From: Clostridiales bacterium
Lineage (GTDB): Bacteria > Bacillota > Clostridia > Christensenellales > Aristaeellaceae
Reading direction: 5' to 3'
Length of the DNA: 64,000 bases
Assembly (NCBI GenBank): GCA_019419995.1
Contig: JAHZHZ010000007.1
Coordinates: forward strand, 2,402 to 66,401
Positions 1-9,157 of the stretch are shown here, piece by piece. The notes under the pieces are model-generated. The model had not been told where the DNA came from and searched no databases. It saw only the letters and a list, made by a program, of their open reading frames with translations. A program made the position numbers and the translations under genes. Every line of letters starts with the position of its first letter. Position 1 is the first letter of the stretch.

Positions 1-774
1 TTTTTGCCAGTTTATTTTTTCCAGCATTCTGCGCAAATCCATCAAATTTTCCAGGCGCAAACAATTATCTGCCTCAATTCGATGGGCGCGCTCCAAGACC
101 CAGCTTTCCCGCTGCCCACACCGCTCAATGAGGCGATGAACCCGGTTATGCAGTTCCGGTTGTTCCAATTCCGCACTGTATTGAAGGGCGCGCTCCAAAA
201 ATGCCTCGTCGCAACAGGAACCGGGGGTCCTGCGCCCCGATGACTGGAGCCATTCTTCCGCCATTTTTCTTGACCGCACAAATCTACGGACATCCTGCAC
301 AGCGCCCTCAAGAGCCTCGCACAGCGCAATCTGAAGTGCAGGAAGAAGCAATTGAATTTCCTCCATGGTCATGGGCCGCCCGGCTTCAAAGGCGCCCACC
401 CCATTGATCAGGCGATCCTGGGTAAGTTTCCACTCCCCTCCGCTAACCAGTGACCGTGCCAGTGCAAGCACTCGCACCTTCCCACGGGCAGACGGCGCCT
501 GAATCCTTCTGTATGCCTGGGCCTGTTGCAAGCATGCCTCAATGAGTCCTGAGTCTGCTTTGAGACGGCGCAGGGCTTCATCTCCATCTTCCATTTCCTG
601 AATCTGGCGCATATGCCGTTCCAACGCCATAGCGCAAGTTGCACTCAGGCGCATAGCTGAACGGCCATCCGGGCGCATGCCTGCGCCCAGAGCGCGCAGC
701 CGACGATTGATGCCCTCGTCGTCTATGGCGCCGCTACGCCCAATCAGATTGGAGTATCCGAGAAATCGGTTCAT
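1..774 (-). CDS. N-terminal 258 codons of a larger ORF running off the left edge (absent from ORF track); function unknown, helical region weakly reminiscent of N-termini of cyclic beta-1,2-glucan synthase/GH94-type enzymes
   Basis: Manual minus-strand translation: AGGAGG (782-787), 7-nt spacer, ATG 774-772, then MNRFLGYSNLIGRSGAIDDEGINRRLRALG...; no tta/cta/tca triplet in this frame down to nt 1. Confidence 0.6.
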   Translation of the reverse strand, partial: MNRFLGYSNLIGRSGAIDDEGINRRLRALGAGMRPDGRSAMRLSATCAMALERHMRQIQEMEDGDEALRRLKADSGLIEACLQQAQAYRRIQAPSARGKVRVLALARSLVSGGEWKLTQDRLINGVGAFEAGRPMTMEEIQLLLPALQIALCEALEGAVQDVRRFVRSRKMAEEWLQSSGRRTPGSCCDEAFLERALQYSAELEQPELHNRVHRLIERCGQRESWVLERAHRIEADNCLRLENLMDLRRMLEKINWQK

Positions 775-865
775 ATGCAATCCTCCTGAATGAAAACATT
801 CACAGCAGAGGAAGTATGCCCCAAATTCTCCGCTTTCATGCCAAATAATAGCAGGCCTACAGAAT

Positions 866-905
866 AAGAGCCGGATCTCCCATGTATATGGGATATCCGG
901 CTCTT
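866..905. other. Strong inverted repeat (18-bp stem, one mismatch, GTAT loop) between two minus-strand genes; terminator-like but without a clear U-tract
   Basis: aagagccggatctcccat-gtat-atgggatatccggctctt read directly; coordinates +/-1. Confidence 0.4.
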
Positions 906-975
906 CACAAAAACAGTTCGCTATTTACAATCGATCCATCAACATTCCATTCAAGCTTGATTTTTCAAAATGCAC

Positions 976-1620
976 TCAATCGTTGTCATCGCCCAGCTCG
1001 GAACGACGGCGACGAATAGATTTGCAAGCCTCCGTCAATTCATCTTCCACCGAAGCCAAGAGCTGATAGGCGTCGTGATTGGCCTTTAAGCGCAGCTCAC
1101 TGGCCTCCACTCGAGCATCATTTTTAATAATGCGGGCTTCCTCCCTGGCCTGGCGAACAATTTCATTTTCATCCACCATATGATCCGCCCGATCCTGTGC
1201 ATCTGCCAAAATGGCGTGCGCTTCATTTTCCGCGTCCGCAACAATCTGTTCCGCTTCACTCTTTGCCTTTTCCAAGGCGGCATTAGCCCTCATTTCGGCA
1301 GAACTGACTCGGTTCATGGCTGCGGTCTCAGCGTTGCCGAGGATTCGATCCCGCTCAGAGTACATCTGCATGCCATACTGCACGGCGTCAGGCAGATTCC
1401 GCTCCATATCATCAATGATCATCAAGCACTTTTCCGCATCAATGATCTTTTTGTTGGTCAACGGAACATTGGTGCCCGACCGAATGGCTGCACGGATATG
1501 CTTGAGGAGCTCAAGGAAGTATTTCATATCATCGATATCTTCCCCGCCACCCGTTGGCTGTGCCTCTGCCACAACCTCCTGGTCCTCGTCCTCGTAGAAC
1601 TTTTCCTGATCCCGATCCAT
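976..1620 (-). CDS. Coiled-coil protein with ATPase stator (subunit b/H)-like Ala/Glu/Arg-rich repeats; function unknown
   Basis: Track ORF 976..1716 trimmed to ATG 1620 (MDRDQEKFYED...), 1 nt after coaD stop; repeats AEQIVADAENEAHAILADAQ, REEARIIKNDARVEASELRLKA; acidic N-terminus. Confidence 0.7.
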   Translation of the reverse strand: MDRDQEKFYEDEDQEVVAEAQPTGGGEDIDDMKYFLELLKHIRAAIRSGTNVPLTNKKIIDAEKCLMIIDDMERNLPDAVQYGMQMYSERDRILGNAETAAMNRVSSAEMRANAALEKAKSEAEQIVADAENEAHAILADAQDRADHMVDENEIVRQAREEARIIKNDARVEASELRLKANHDAYQLLASVEDELTEACKSIRRRRSELGDDND

Positions 1621-1621
1621 C

Positions 1622-2125
1622 CTAGACCTTCCTTTCCGCATCCGGCGCGGCGCCGTATGCAGCGTATATTTTCTCAACGATCTCCTTCGGCACCATTGCA
1701 TCAATGGGCGCGCCATGCGCCGCGCAGTCCCGCACTATGGTGGAAGAGATCATGCTGTATTCCGGTCTACAGCTGATAAATACCGTTTCCACATTTCCAA
1801 TCCGGCGATTGGCCTCTGCCATCTGCATTTCAAAAACCAGATCGGCCGTATTGCGCAACCCTCGCAATATCACGTCTGCCCCCGCCTGATGCACCACATC
1901 CACCAACAAACCGGTGGAGGAGATCACCTTCACATTGGGCAAATCCCGGGTAATTTCCGCCAGCATCTCCCGACGTTCCTCGGGAGAAAAGCGGTACGCT
2001 TTTGCGGACTGGGAGAGCACTGCCACGATCAGCTCTTCGAACATCGCCGCTCCCCTGCGGATAATGTCCAAATGCCCCAGCGTAGGGGGCGAGAAGCTGC
2101 CGGCATACACCGCTCTCATCTGCAC
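1622..2125 (-). CDS. coaD: Phosphopantetheine adenylyltransferase
   Basis: 167 aa; AVYAGSFSPPTLGHLDII (nucleotidyltransferase T/HxGH motif), ISSTIVR; adjoins rsmD as in many Firmicutes. Confidence 0.95.
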   Translation of the reverse strand: MQMRAVYAGSFSPPTLGHLDIIRRGAAMFEELIVAVLSQSAKAYRFSPEERREMLAEITRDLPNVKVISSTGLLVDVVHQAGADVILRGLRNTADLVFEMQMAEANRRIGNVETVFISCRPEYSMISSTIVRDCAAHGAPIDAMVPKEIVEKIYAAYGAAPDAERKV

Positions 2126-2680
2126 TTACCTCCGGCGGACAAATTCAACAACCGTATCGCCATACTGTCGAACATCATACGCATGAAATTCTTCCGGCAA
2201 AACCACCGTGTCACCGCGCCGATGTTCGCAAACAATAATTACCTCCGGAGAGAGCGCCCCGACCGCATCCAAGCGGCTGATCGCATCCCCATAGGCATCC
2301 AGCATCCGATAGGGTGGGTCCAAAAATACCAGATCAAACTGTCGCCCCGCCATGCCCGAAATTGCACTGCGATAATCCGCCTTGACAATGAGCACCCGTT
2401 CGGACAGTTCATCCTTGAGCACGCTCAACGCATTGCGATGGATGACCTCGACAGCCATGCGGGAGTGTTCCACAATCACCGCATGCGCCGCTCCCCGGCT
2501 TAACGCCTCCAGAGCCAACGCCCCCGTACCTCCAAAGAGATCCAGCACCTGGCTGTCAAGAACGCGTCCACTTAATATATTGAACAACGAACCCCTGATT
2601 TTATCCGAGGTTGGCCGCGTTTCATTCCCCGGTGGAGAAAATAGCGTTCTCCCCCGCGCTTCTCCAGAAATAATGCGCAT
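2126..2680 (-). CDS. rsmD: 16S rRNA (guanine966-N2)-methyltransferase
   Basis: MRIISGEARGRTL..., GTGALALEALSRGA SAM site, FLDPPY motif; start set at ATG 2680 (track ORF extends to 2734, ATG 2692 also possible). Confidence 0.9.
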   Translation of the reverse strand: MRIISGEARGRTLFSPPGNETRPTSDKIRGSLFNILSGRVLDSQVLDLFGGTGALALEALSRGAAHAVIVEHSRMAVEVIHRNALSVLKDELSERVLIVKADYRSAISGMAGRQFDLVFLDPPYRMLDAYGDAISRLDAVGALSPEVIIVCEHRRGDTVVLPEEFHAYDVRQYGDTVVEFVRRR

Positions 2681-2843
2681 AGCATCACCCATGATATTTG
2701 TCAAAATTATATCACAATTCCCTCGAGTTTGCAAACCTTATTTTCGAATTTCATTCAAAATTTGCGGGCGATGGATCAAAATTCATAAGAAATTTACCTG
2801 ATTTTCAGGGCTCTACGCCAAATTTGGCTTTCCCAATGCAGTT

Positions 2844-3959
2844 TTATGCATTTTCATCCATGGATTCGTACACCCGGCGCACTCTGGGAGAAAAGCCCAA
2901 CATGATTTCATAGGGAATGGTGCCCGCCAGAGTCGCCAACTCATCCGGGGTAATCCGCTCATCCCCCTGTCTTCCCATGAGCACCACTTCGCTGTCCATG
3001 TCCGCCTGGGGCACATCCGTGACATCCAACATAAGCATATCCATGCACACGTTGCCCACAATTTTCACCCGCTTGCCACAAACCAGCGCACAAGCCCGGT
3101 TGGACAAGAGGCGGGGATATCCGTCTCCGTAACCTATAGGTACCGTCATAATCCGGCTGTCCCTCTGTGCCACAAATGTACGGCCATACCCTACACTATC
3201 CCCGTTCCGAATATTTTCAATTCGAATAGGACGACTGCAAAGCGTTTGGGCGTAGGCCATTTTACCCTCCATGCCGGGAACCAGCGTACCATATAGGCCG
3301 ATTCCCGCACGAATCATATCATGCTGATACGCCGGATTCAACATGGCAGAAGTCGCAGCCGCATGCGCAATGGGAGAAAAGCCTGCGTTGCGCGCCCTGG
3401 CGATTGCGTGACAGAAAATCTCATCCTGCCGGCGCGTAAATTCCGGATCGCTTTCCGCTACGCAAAAGTGCGTAAAGATCCCTTCCATTTCCACATTCGG
3501 GCAGCAGGTGCGCCAGTGATCGAGCATGCGGTCGAGACCATCTTCTCCCCGCACACCGATGCGGGACATGCCGGAATCCACCTTTAAATGTGCCTTTGCA
3601 CGGGTGCCCACCTCCCGGGCGATCTTTTCAAGCGCGTCCAGCATCCACACTTCGTATACCGCATGGGCACAATTGGCTTCTACTGCCTCCCGCAGGGAAT
3701 CTTCCGTGCCGCCACCCAGAATGAGCACCGGCGCTTCAATTCCTCCGGCACGCAGCTGGGTTGCTTCCTCTGAAATAGCCACCGCGAAGGCGTCTGCTCC
3801 CGCTCGAAGCATCACACGCGCCGCGTTCACAGCTCCATGGCCATAGGCATCGGCCTTCACTACGCACATCATCTTTACATGGCCAGGAACCATTGAGCGA
3901 ATGATCCGGGCGTTTTCATAGAGCGCACGCTCTGAAATTCTCATTACGGTTGTACGCAT
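2844..3959 (-). CDS. alr: Alanine racemase
   Basis: 371 aa; VVKADAYGHG PLP-lysine motif, full-length alr-like layout. Confidence 0.93.
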   Translation of the reverse strand: MRTTVMRISERALYENARIIRSMVPGHVKMMCVVKADAYGHGAVNAARVMLRAGADAFAVAISEEATQLRAGGIEAPVLILGGGTEDSLREAVEANCAHAVYEVWMLDALEKIAREVGTRAKAHLKVDSGMSRIGVRGEDGLDRMLDHWRTCCPNVEMEGIFTHFCVAESDPEFTRRQDEIFCHAIARARNAGFSPIAHAAATSAMLNPAYQHDMIRAGIGLYGTLVPGMEGKMAYAQTLCSRPIRIENIRNGDSVGYGRTFVAQRDSRIMTVPIGYGDGYPRLLSNRACALVCGKRVKIVGNVCMDMLMLDVTDVPQADMDSEVVLMGRQGDERITPDELATLAGTIPYEIMLGFSPRVRRVYESMDENA

Positions 3960-4147
3960 GCCTGCACCTGCTTTCCAAATGTATTTTATGCAATTTCAAG
4001 TCAAATTCTCATTTGATTTGTCAAAATATTCGATCATGAACTTCATTATAACATCTTTTAAGTTGATTTCAAGACGTCGCCAACGTTTGCTTGCAAAATA
4101 CAACTTCCACGTGTATACTAAATTGGGATTGAAGTTGGAGGTGTTCC

Positions 4148-5065
4148 ATGGCTTTTCGCGATTTTTTCAATCATTACTTCTACGGGAAACCCGGTCAGCG
4201 GGATTATACCGAAGCAGACCTGCCCAAAAACCGACTTGAACTCTTTGGAACGGTGCTGCGCGTGCGTCTCGGAAGTATGGTGGGCTTGAATCTGGTGTAT
4301 TTGATTTGCTGGTTGCCTGCCATAGGCTGGAGTTTTCTAAACCTCCTGCAATTCTGGCATGGCAGCCTCCTTGCGCCGGAAAATTTTGGCGCCTACCTGG
4401 AAAGCCTGCTCTTTACCTATTTTTTAATCCTGGCTCCATTGGTCGCCATCACGGGACCTTTTAACGTTGGAATAAGCTACGTATTGCGCAACTGGGCGCG
4501 AGATGAACACAGCTTCGCCTTTTCGGATGCCTGGTCCGCCGTAAAGGCCAACTGGAAACAGGGATTGCTCTATGGCATCCTCAGCGGCATTGCTCCACTG
4601 ATCGCCTTTATTGCCATTGATTTCTATTCAGATTTGGCCAACGTCACCCCACTTGCCATCCTACCCATGGCCGTGACGCTGATCGCAGCAGTGATCTGGT
4701 TTCTTTCCTCCCCCATCCTACCGACAATGATTGTCACTTACCGGCAGAGTTTTCCCGGAATCGTGAAAAATGGTATTCTGATGAGCCTGGCGGCTCTCCC
4801 TCGGGCCCTGGCATTGCGTCTGCTGACTTTGGCCCTTCCCTTGCTGTTGGTAATCAGCGCTCTGTTTTTTCCGTCTGTTCTTAACTGGCTGGGACCTGTC
4901 GTGCTGGTGCTCTATACCCTAATTGGGATCACCTTCAACAAGTTGATCTGGGCCAGCCATGCCAACGCCCTGTGCGAGAAATACCTCAATTCAAAGATTC
5001 ACGGTGCTCGCGTAAATATTGGATTGCAAAGCCAACACAAAGTCGAGGAAGACAATGAACGTTAA
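4148..5065 (+). CDS. YesL/DUF624-family integral membrane protein
   Basis: 305 aa, N-terminal FRDFFN...LELFGTVLRVRLGSMVGLNLVYLICWLP typical of YesL family, multiple TM segments; GGAGG RBS before ATG 4148. Confidence 0.75.
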   Translation: MAFRDFFNHYFYGKPGQRDYTEADLPKNRLELFGTVLRVRLGSMVGLNLVYLICWLPAIGWSFLNLLQFWHGSLLAPENFGAYLESLLFTYFLILAPLVAITGPFNVGISYVLRNWARDEHSFAFSDAWSAVKANWKQGLLYGILSGIAPLIAFIAIDFYSDLANVTPLAILPMAVTLIAAVIWFLSSPILPTMIVTYRQSFPGIVKNGILMSLAALPRALALRLLTLALPLLLVISALFFPSVLNWLGPVVLVLYTLIGITFNKLIWASHANALCEKYLNSKIHGARVNIGLQSQHKVEEDNER

Positions 5066-6275
5066 TTATGAATTGCTTGCCCCCGCCGGGGACATGGAAT
5101 GTCTGCGTACTGCCCTGCGCTTTGGTGCGGATGGGGTGTACGTAGGGGGACCAATGCTACAGCTTCGTGCAGGAAATGTGGGGTTTTCCTTGGAAACCCT
5201 TGCTCAGGCCGCCCAGGAGGTTCACGCTCAACGCAAAAAACTATATGTGACGGTCAATGCCTTTGCCTCCAATCAGGAAGTAGACGCCGCAAAAGATTAC
5301 GTGCAGGCGCTGGAGCAAATCGGTGCGGACGCCGTGATTGTATCGGATCTGGGGCTCATTGCCGCCATCCGGCGCGCTGCCCCCAATTTAGAATTACATG
5401 TAAGCACTCAGGCCAACTGCCTCAATTATGCCGCCGCCCTGGCTTACCATGATATGGGTGCAAAGCGGGTGGTCCTCGGGCGGGAAATGTCTCTGGAAGA
5501 AATTCGCCAACTGCGCCAGCGCATTCCAGCGGATATGGATTTGGAGGCTTTTGTTCACGGCGCCATGTGCATGTCCTACTCTGGACGCTGCATGATCAGC
5601 GGCTATCTGACCTCCCGGAGCGCCAATAAGGGAGTCTGCACCCAATCCTGCCGGTGGAAATACCACCTGATGGAGGAAACTCGCCCGGGAGAATATTTCC
5701 CAATTGAGGAAGACGAGCGGGGCACCACCATTCTCAGCTCCTTTGACCTCAACTGCATGGATTTTGTGGATCAAATTATGGAGGCAGGCGTCTATTCCAT
5801 GAAACTGGAAGGACGGATGAAATCTCCATTTTATGTAGCCACAGTCACTGGGGCCTACAGGCGGCGCATTGATGCCATTTTAAAAGGCACTGCCAGCGAT
5901 GCACATACCGCTCTTCTTCATAGGGAACTGTGCTCCGCCAGTCACCGGCCCTATGCCTCCGGCTTTTATTTCGGCGCCATGAAGCGCCACGCGCCGGATG
6001 ACGGGATCTATTTACAGGATACCACCTTCGTAGGAACCATATGCCGGACAGAGGGTTCGCGCATCGCCGTAGAACTGCGAAACCGAATCTTTGAAGGCGA
6101 TCTCATAGAAGTGCTCTCTCCCGACAGCCTGGGCCAGCAGTTTATCGCCCATGCTTTGGAAGACAGCAGCGGCGACAGGGTGACAGCCGCTACCCGTCCG
6201 GGAGAAGTCTACACGATGGAATGTGACGCACAGGTAGCAGTGGGCGATCTGCTTCGGATACGCAAAGCGAGCTAA
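5055..6275 (+). CDS. U32-family protein (annotated peptidase; Fe-S hydroxylase family of TrhP/RlhA/UbiU type)
   Basis: Start trimmed to ATG 5055 (GAGGAAG RBS; MNVNYELLAPAGD...); CX6CX15CX3C motif CMSYSGRC...CTQSC at 5568-5651. Confidence 0.88.
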   Translation: MNVNYELLAPAGDMECLRTALRFGADGVYVGGPMLQLRAGNVGFSLETLAQAAQEVHAQRKKLYVTVNAFASNQEVDAAKDYVQALEQIGADAVIVSDLGLIAAIRRAAPNLELHVSTQANCLNYAAALAYHDMGAKRVVLGREMSLEEIRQLRQRIPADMDLEAFVHGAMCMSYSGRCMISGYLTSRSANKGVCTQSCRWKYHLMEETRPGEYFPIEEDERGTTILSSFDLNCMDFVDQIMEAGVYSMKLEGRMKSPFYVATVTGAYRRRIDAILKGTASDAHTALLHRELCSASHRPYASGFYFGAMKRHAPDDGIYLQDTTFVGTICRTEGSRIAVELRNRIFEGDLIEVLSPDSLGQQFIAHALEDSSGDRVTAATRPGEVYTMECDAQVAVGDLLRIRKAS

Positions 6276-6347
6276 AAAGGGGTTCCCCGGCAAATTTTGC
6301 CGAAAAACCCCCTCGATTCGCCAATGGCGAATCCTGATAAACGTCCT

Positions 6348-6548
6348 TTAGCGGTTGCCGCTCATGGCGCGCTCCTGCGCCTCGATCATCTTGCGGACCA
6401 TGTTGCCGCCGATGTGGCCGGCATCCTTGGAAGCCAGCTGGCCGTTGTAGTCCTTGTTGAGGGTGATTCCCAGTTCGTTGGCAACTTCCTGCTTCATGTT
6501 GGCCATGGCCTGACGGGCCTCGGGCACGTTGATCTTGTTATAGCTCAT
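6348..6548 (-). CDS. Alpha/beta-type small acid-soluble spore protein
   Basis: Track ORF (GTG 6632) trimmed to ATG 6548 after AAGGAG RBS: MSYNKINVPEARQAMANMKQEVANELGITLNKDYNGQLASKDAGHIGGNMVRKMIE... Confidence 0.92.
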   Translation of the reverse strand: MSYNKINVPEARQAMANMKQEVANELGITLNKDYNGQLASKDAGHIGGNMVRKMIEAQERAMSGNR

Positions 6549-6649
6549 TTTTGTTCTCCTTTTTCTTCTGCGGAATTCTCCGCAATTTTGATTTGACTCG
6601 CTGCGCTCTCCCCATTTATATGGGATTTCCACGCAGATCAGGAATGAAA

Positions 6650-6829
6650 TCAGTTGCTGTGCTGACGCTGATAGTCCTCAATCATCTTGCGAACCATTTC
6701 GCCGCCTACCTGACCAGCCTCCTTAGAGGACAGATGGCCGTTGTAGCCCTTGACCAGGTTCACACCCAGTTCACGCGCAACTTCGTACTTCATGTTGTTC
6801 ATTGCGGTCTTGCTCTGGCTGTTCTGCAT
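6650..6829 (-). CDS. Alpha/beta-type small acid-soluble spore protein (second copy, 59 aa, not in ORF track)
   Basis: Manual translation: AAGGAGG RBS, ATG 6829, MQNSQSKTAMNNMKYEVARELGVNLVKGYNGHLSSKEAGQVGGEMVRKMIEDYQRQHSN, TGA 6652-6650; coordinates anchored on overlapping track ORFs. Confidence 0.88.
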   Translation of the reverse strand: MQNSQSKTAMNNMKYEVARELGVNLVKGYNGHLSSKEAGQVGGEMVRKMIEDYQRQHSN

Positions 6830-7037
6830 TGTTCATTCACCTCCTTGCTTGAGTCTGAGCGTATTGTTGCCACGAAAAACACTTTTAGTCTGGAAAATCC
6901 CGGTTGGCAAACATTTCAATAAAAAAATCAGCGCGTTTTCTGCATTTTATAGATTGCGGCCCGGTACAAAAAAAGCGGCGAATTCGCCGCTTTTGTAAGC
7001 ATTTGCGCTCTATTTTGTTCTGTGTTATCGCAAAATA

Positions 7038-9038
7038 TTAATTGAAAGCCGCATCCTGAAATTTTTTTAAATACGCCGCTTTCGCAAGTTCAATGACCAC
7101 CTGACTGTCCGGAGATTCGGGGTCCTTCAACAGAGCTCTGGCTTCGTCATGAACGACTTTTAACAGCTGCGTATCTCCCGCCAGATTGCCAACTCCCCAT
7201 GTAATCGGACCGGACTGACGAGTGCCAAAGAGATCGCCTGGGCCGCGAAGCTCCATATCCCGCTGGGCAATTTTAAAGCCGTCCGCTGTTGAGGCAAGAA
7301 ATTTTAACCGTTCATTGGGCCCAGCCATCAAAAAGCACCAGGACTGTTGAGCCCCTCGGCCCACTCGTCCACGCAGTTGATGTAGCTGAGCCAGCCCAAA
7401 GCGTTCAGCATTTTCAATGACCATGACGCTGGCATTGGGAACATTTACGCCCACTTCAATGACCGTCGTGGCCACCAATACATCCGCCTCTCCCCGTCTG
7501 AACCGTTCCAACGCCGCCTCCTTGTCTGCTGCCTTCATGCGCCCGTGTACCAGTTCGATGCGCAGGTCCGCCAAATCCCGGGTGCGCAGATTTTCATATA
7601 CCTGCTCTGCCGGAAGGGCATCCACAGCCTCGGACTCTTCCACCAGCGGACACACCACATATATCTGACGACCCTTTTTGACCTCTTCCCGCAAAAAGCC
7701 GTACATACCCTGACGCTTATCCTCGGGAACAATTCGAGTGCGCACTTCCCTGCGGCCGGGGGGAAGCTGGTCAATGATGGAAATATCCAGATCCCCATAG
7801 AGGATCAGAGATAAGCTGCGGGGAATTGGCGTAGCAGACATCACCAGAACATTGGTATCCGCGCCCTTTCTTTCCAACAGCGTCCGTTGGCGCACGCCAA
7901 ATCGGTGCTGTTCATCGGTCACGGCCAATCCCAGGCGATGATAGCGCACATTCTCCGTGATCAACGCATGGGTACCGATGATGACATTCCACTCACCGGA
8001 GGCAATGGCTTCATGAGCCAACGCGTGCTGCTTCGCTGTGAGGCTTCCGGTGAGCAGCCCCACCTTCAACCCCATGTTTTCCAAGATGGCCTTTGCTCCA
8101 CTATAGTGCTGGCGCGCCAGCACCTCCGTAGGCGCCATCAATGCCGCCTGATAACCGCCGACACACGCCAGATACATCGCTCCAAAAGCCACCGCCGTCT
8201 TTCCGCTGCCCACATCCCCCTGAATCATCCTTGCCATGGCCGTGGATGCCCTCATATCCCGTGCCACTTCATAGAGTACCCGCTTTTGAGCGAGTGTGGG
8301 CGCAAACGACAGTTGGTTCCAGAAATTTTCAATGGATGCGTCCTCAAATTGAATCTGTATGCCCGGCACATCGCGTCCACGGCGCAGAGACATGGCCAAC
8401 TGGTACAGCAGCAGTTCTTCAAAGGCAATCCTCCTTCGAGCAGCCTCCAGCGCCTCCCGACTGTCGGGAAAATGCGCATTGCGCATGGCGAAGTTGCGCT
8501 CACACAGGCCATGGCGTCTGCGCATAGACTCGGGCAGTTCATCGGGCCACTGCCCCTCACAAATCTTCAGTGCAGCCTCAATGCTCTGGCGAACGGCTCG
8601 CGGCGGTACTCCCGGAATATTTCGATACACGCCCAGCAGCCCCTGTTCCCGCTCAATGACGGGACTACTGAGCTGAATGGTTCCGCCTCGGGCCTCGCAG
8701 CGACCATAGAGCATCAATTCCCGGCCGCGGACCAGCTGTTCCTTCAGCCATGGCTGGTTGTACCAAACTACCGGCAAAGTCTCGCTATCGTCGGTCACAT
8801 ACACCCGGGTAATTACCAGTTTTCCTGCCCTGCGCTGAACTACTTCCCCGGCCACACGAACGCGAACAGAGACCATTTCTCCCGGGTGAATCTGGCTAAG
8901 AGGTGTAAAACTGGACAGGTCCCGATAGTCCCGTGGCAAAAACATCACCAGATCCCGCACCGAAAAGATGCCCACAGCTTCGAAAGCGCGTCGGCGGGCC
9001 GGACCGATACCCTTTATGGCCGAAAGCGGCAAATCCAT
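7038..9038 (-). CDS. recG: ATP-dependent DNA helicase RecG
   Basis: MDLPLSAIKGIGPARRRAFEAVGI..., wedge domain, GDVGSGKT Walker A, DEQHRFG, C-terminal helicase motifs; start trimmed to ATG 9038 (AAGGGGAG RBS). Confidence 0.95.
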   Translation of the reverse strand: MDLPLSAIKGIGPARRRAFEAVGIFSVRDLVMFLPRDYRDLSSFTPLSQIHPGEMVSVRVRVAGEVVQRRAGKLVITRVYVTDDSETLPVVWYNQPWLKEQLVRGRELMLYGRCEARGGTIQLSSPVIEREQGLLGVYRNIPGVPPRAVRQSIEAALKICEGQWPDELPESMRRRHGLCERNFAMRNAHFPDSREALEAARRRIAFEELLLYQLAMSLRRGRDVPGIQIQFEDASIENFWNQLSFAPTLAQKRVLYEVARDMRASTAMARMIQGDVGSGKTAVAFGAMYLACVGGYQAALMAPTEVLARQHYSGAKAILENMGLKVGLLTGSLTAKQHALAHEAIASGEWNVIIGTHALITENVRYHRLGLAVTDEQHRFGVRQRTLLERKGADTNVLVMSATPIPRSLSLILYGDLDISIIDQLPPGRREVRTRIVPEDKRQGMYGFLREEVKKGRQIYVVCPLVEESEAVDALPAEQVYENLRTRDLADLRIELVHGRMKAADKEAALERFRRGEADVLVATTVIEVGVNVPNASVMVIENAERFGLAQLHQLRGRVGRGAQQSWCFLMAGPNERLKFLASTADGFKIAQRDMELRGPGDLFGTRQSGPITWGVGNLAGDTQLLKVVHDEARALLKDPESPDSQVVIELAKAAYLKKFQDAAFN

Positions 9039-9157
9039 GGTAAATCTCCCCTTTTTTATTCCTTCGGCCACCTTCAGGGCCTCAGCCGATGCCCATGCGT
9101 TATCCGGCCCTCGATAAAAAAATCCGGCGATTTCTCGCCGGACCAGATCTTATTCAT

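Noticed and set aside
6549-6950. Sigma-G/sigma-F forespore promoters upstream of the two SASP genes
   Set aside because: Candidate -10-like heptamers (CAGACTA, CATATAA) do not fit CAHWHTA with a properly spaced GHATR -35 element. I cannot support a call by eye.
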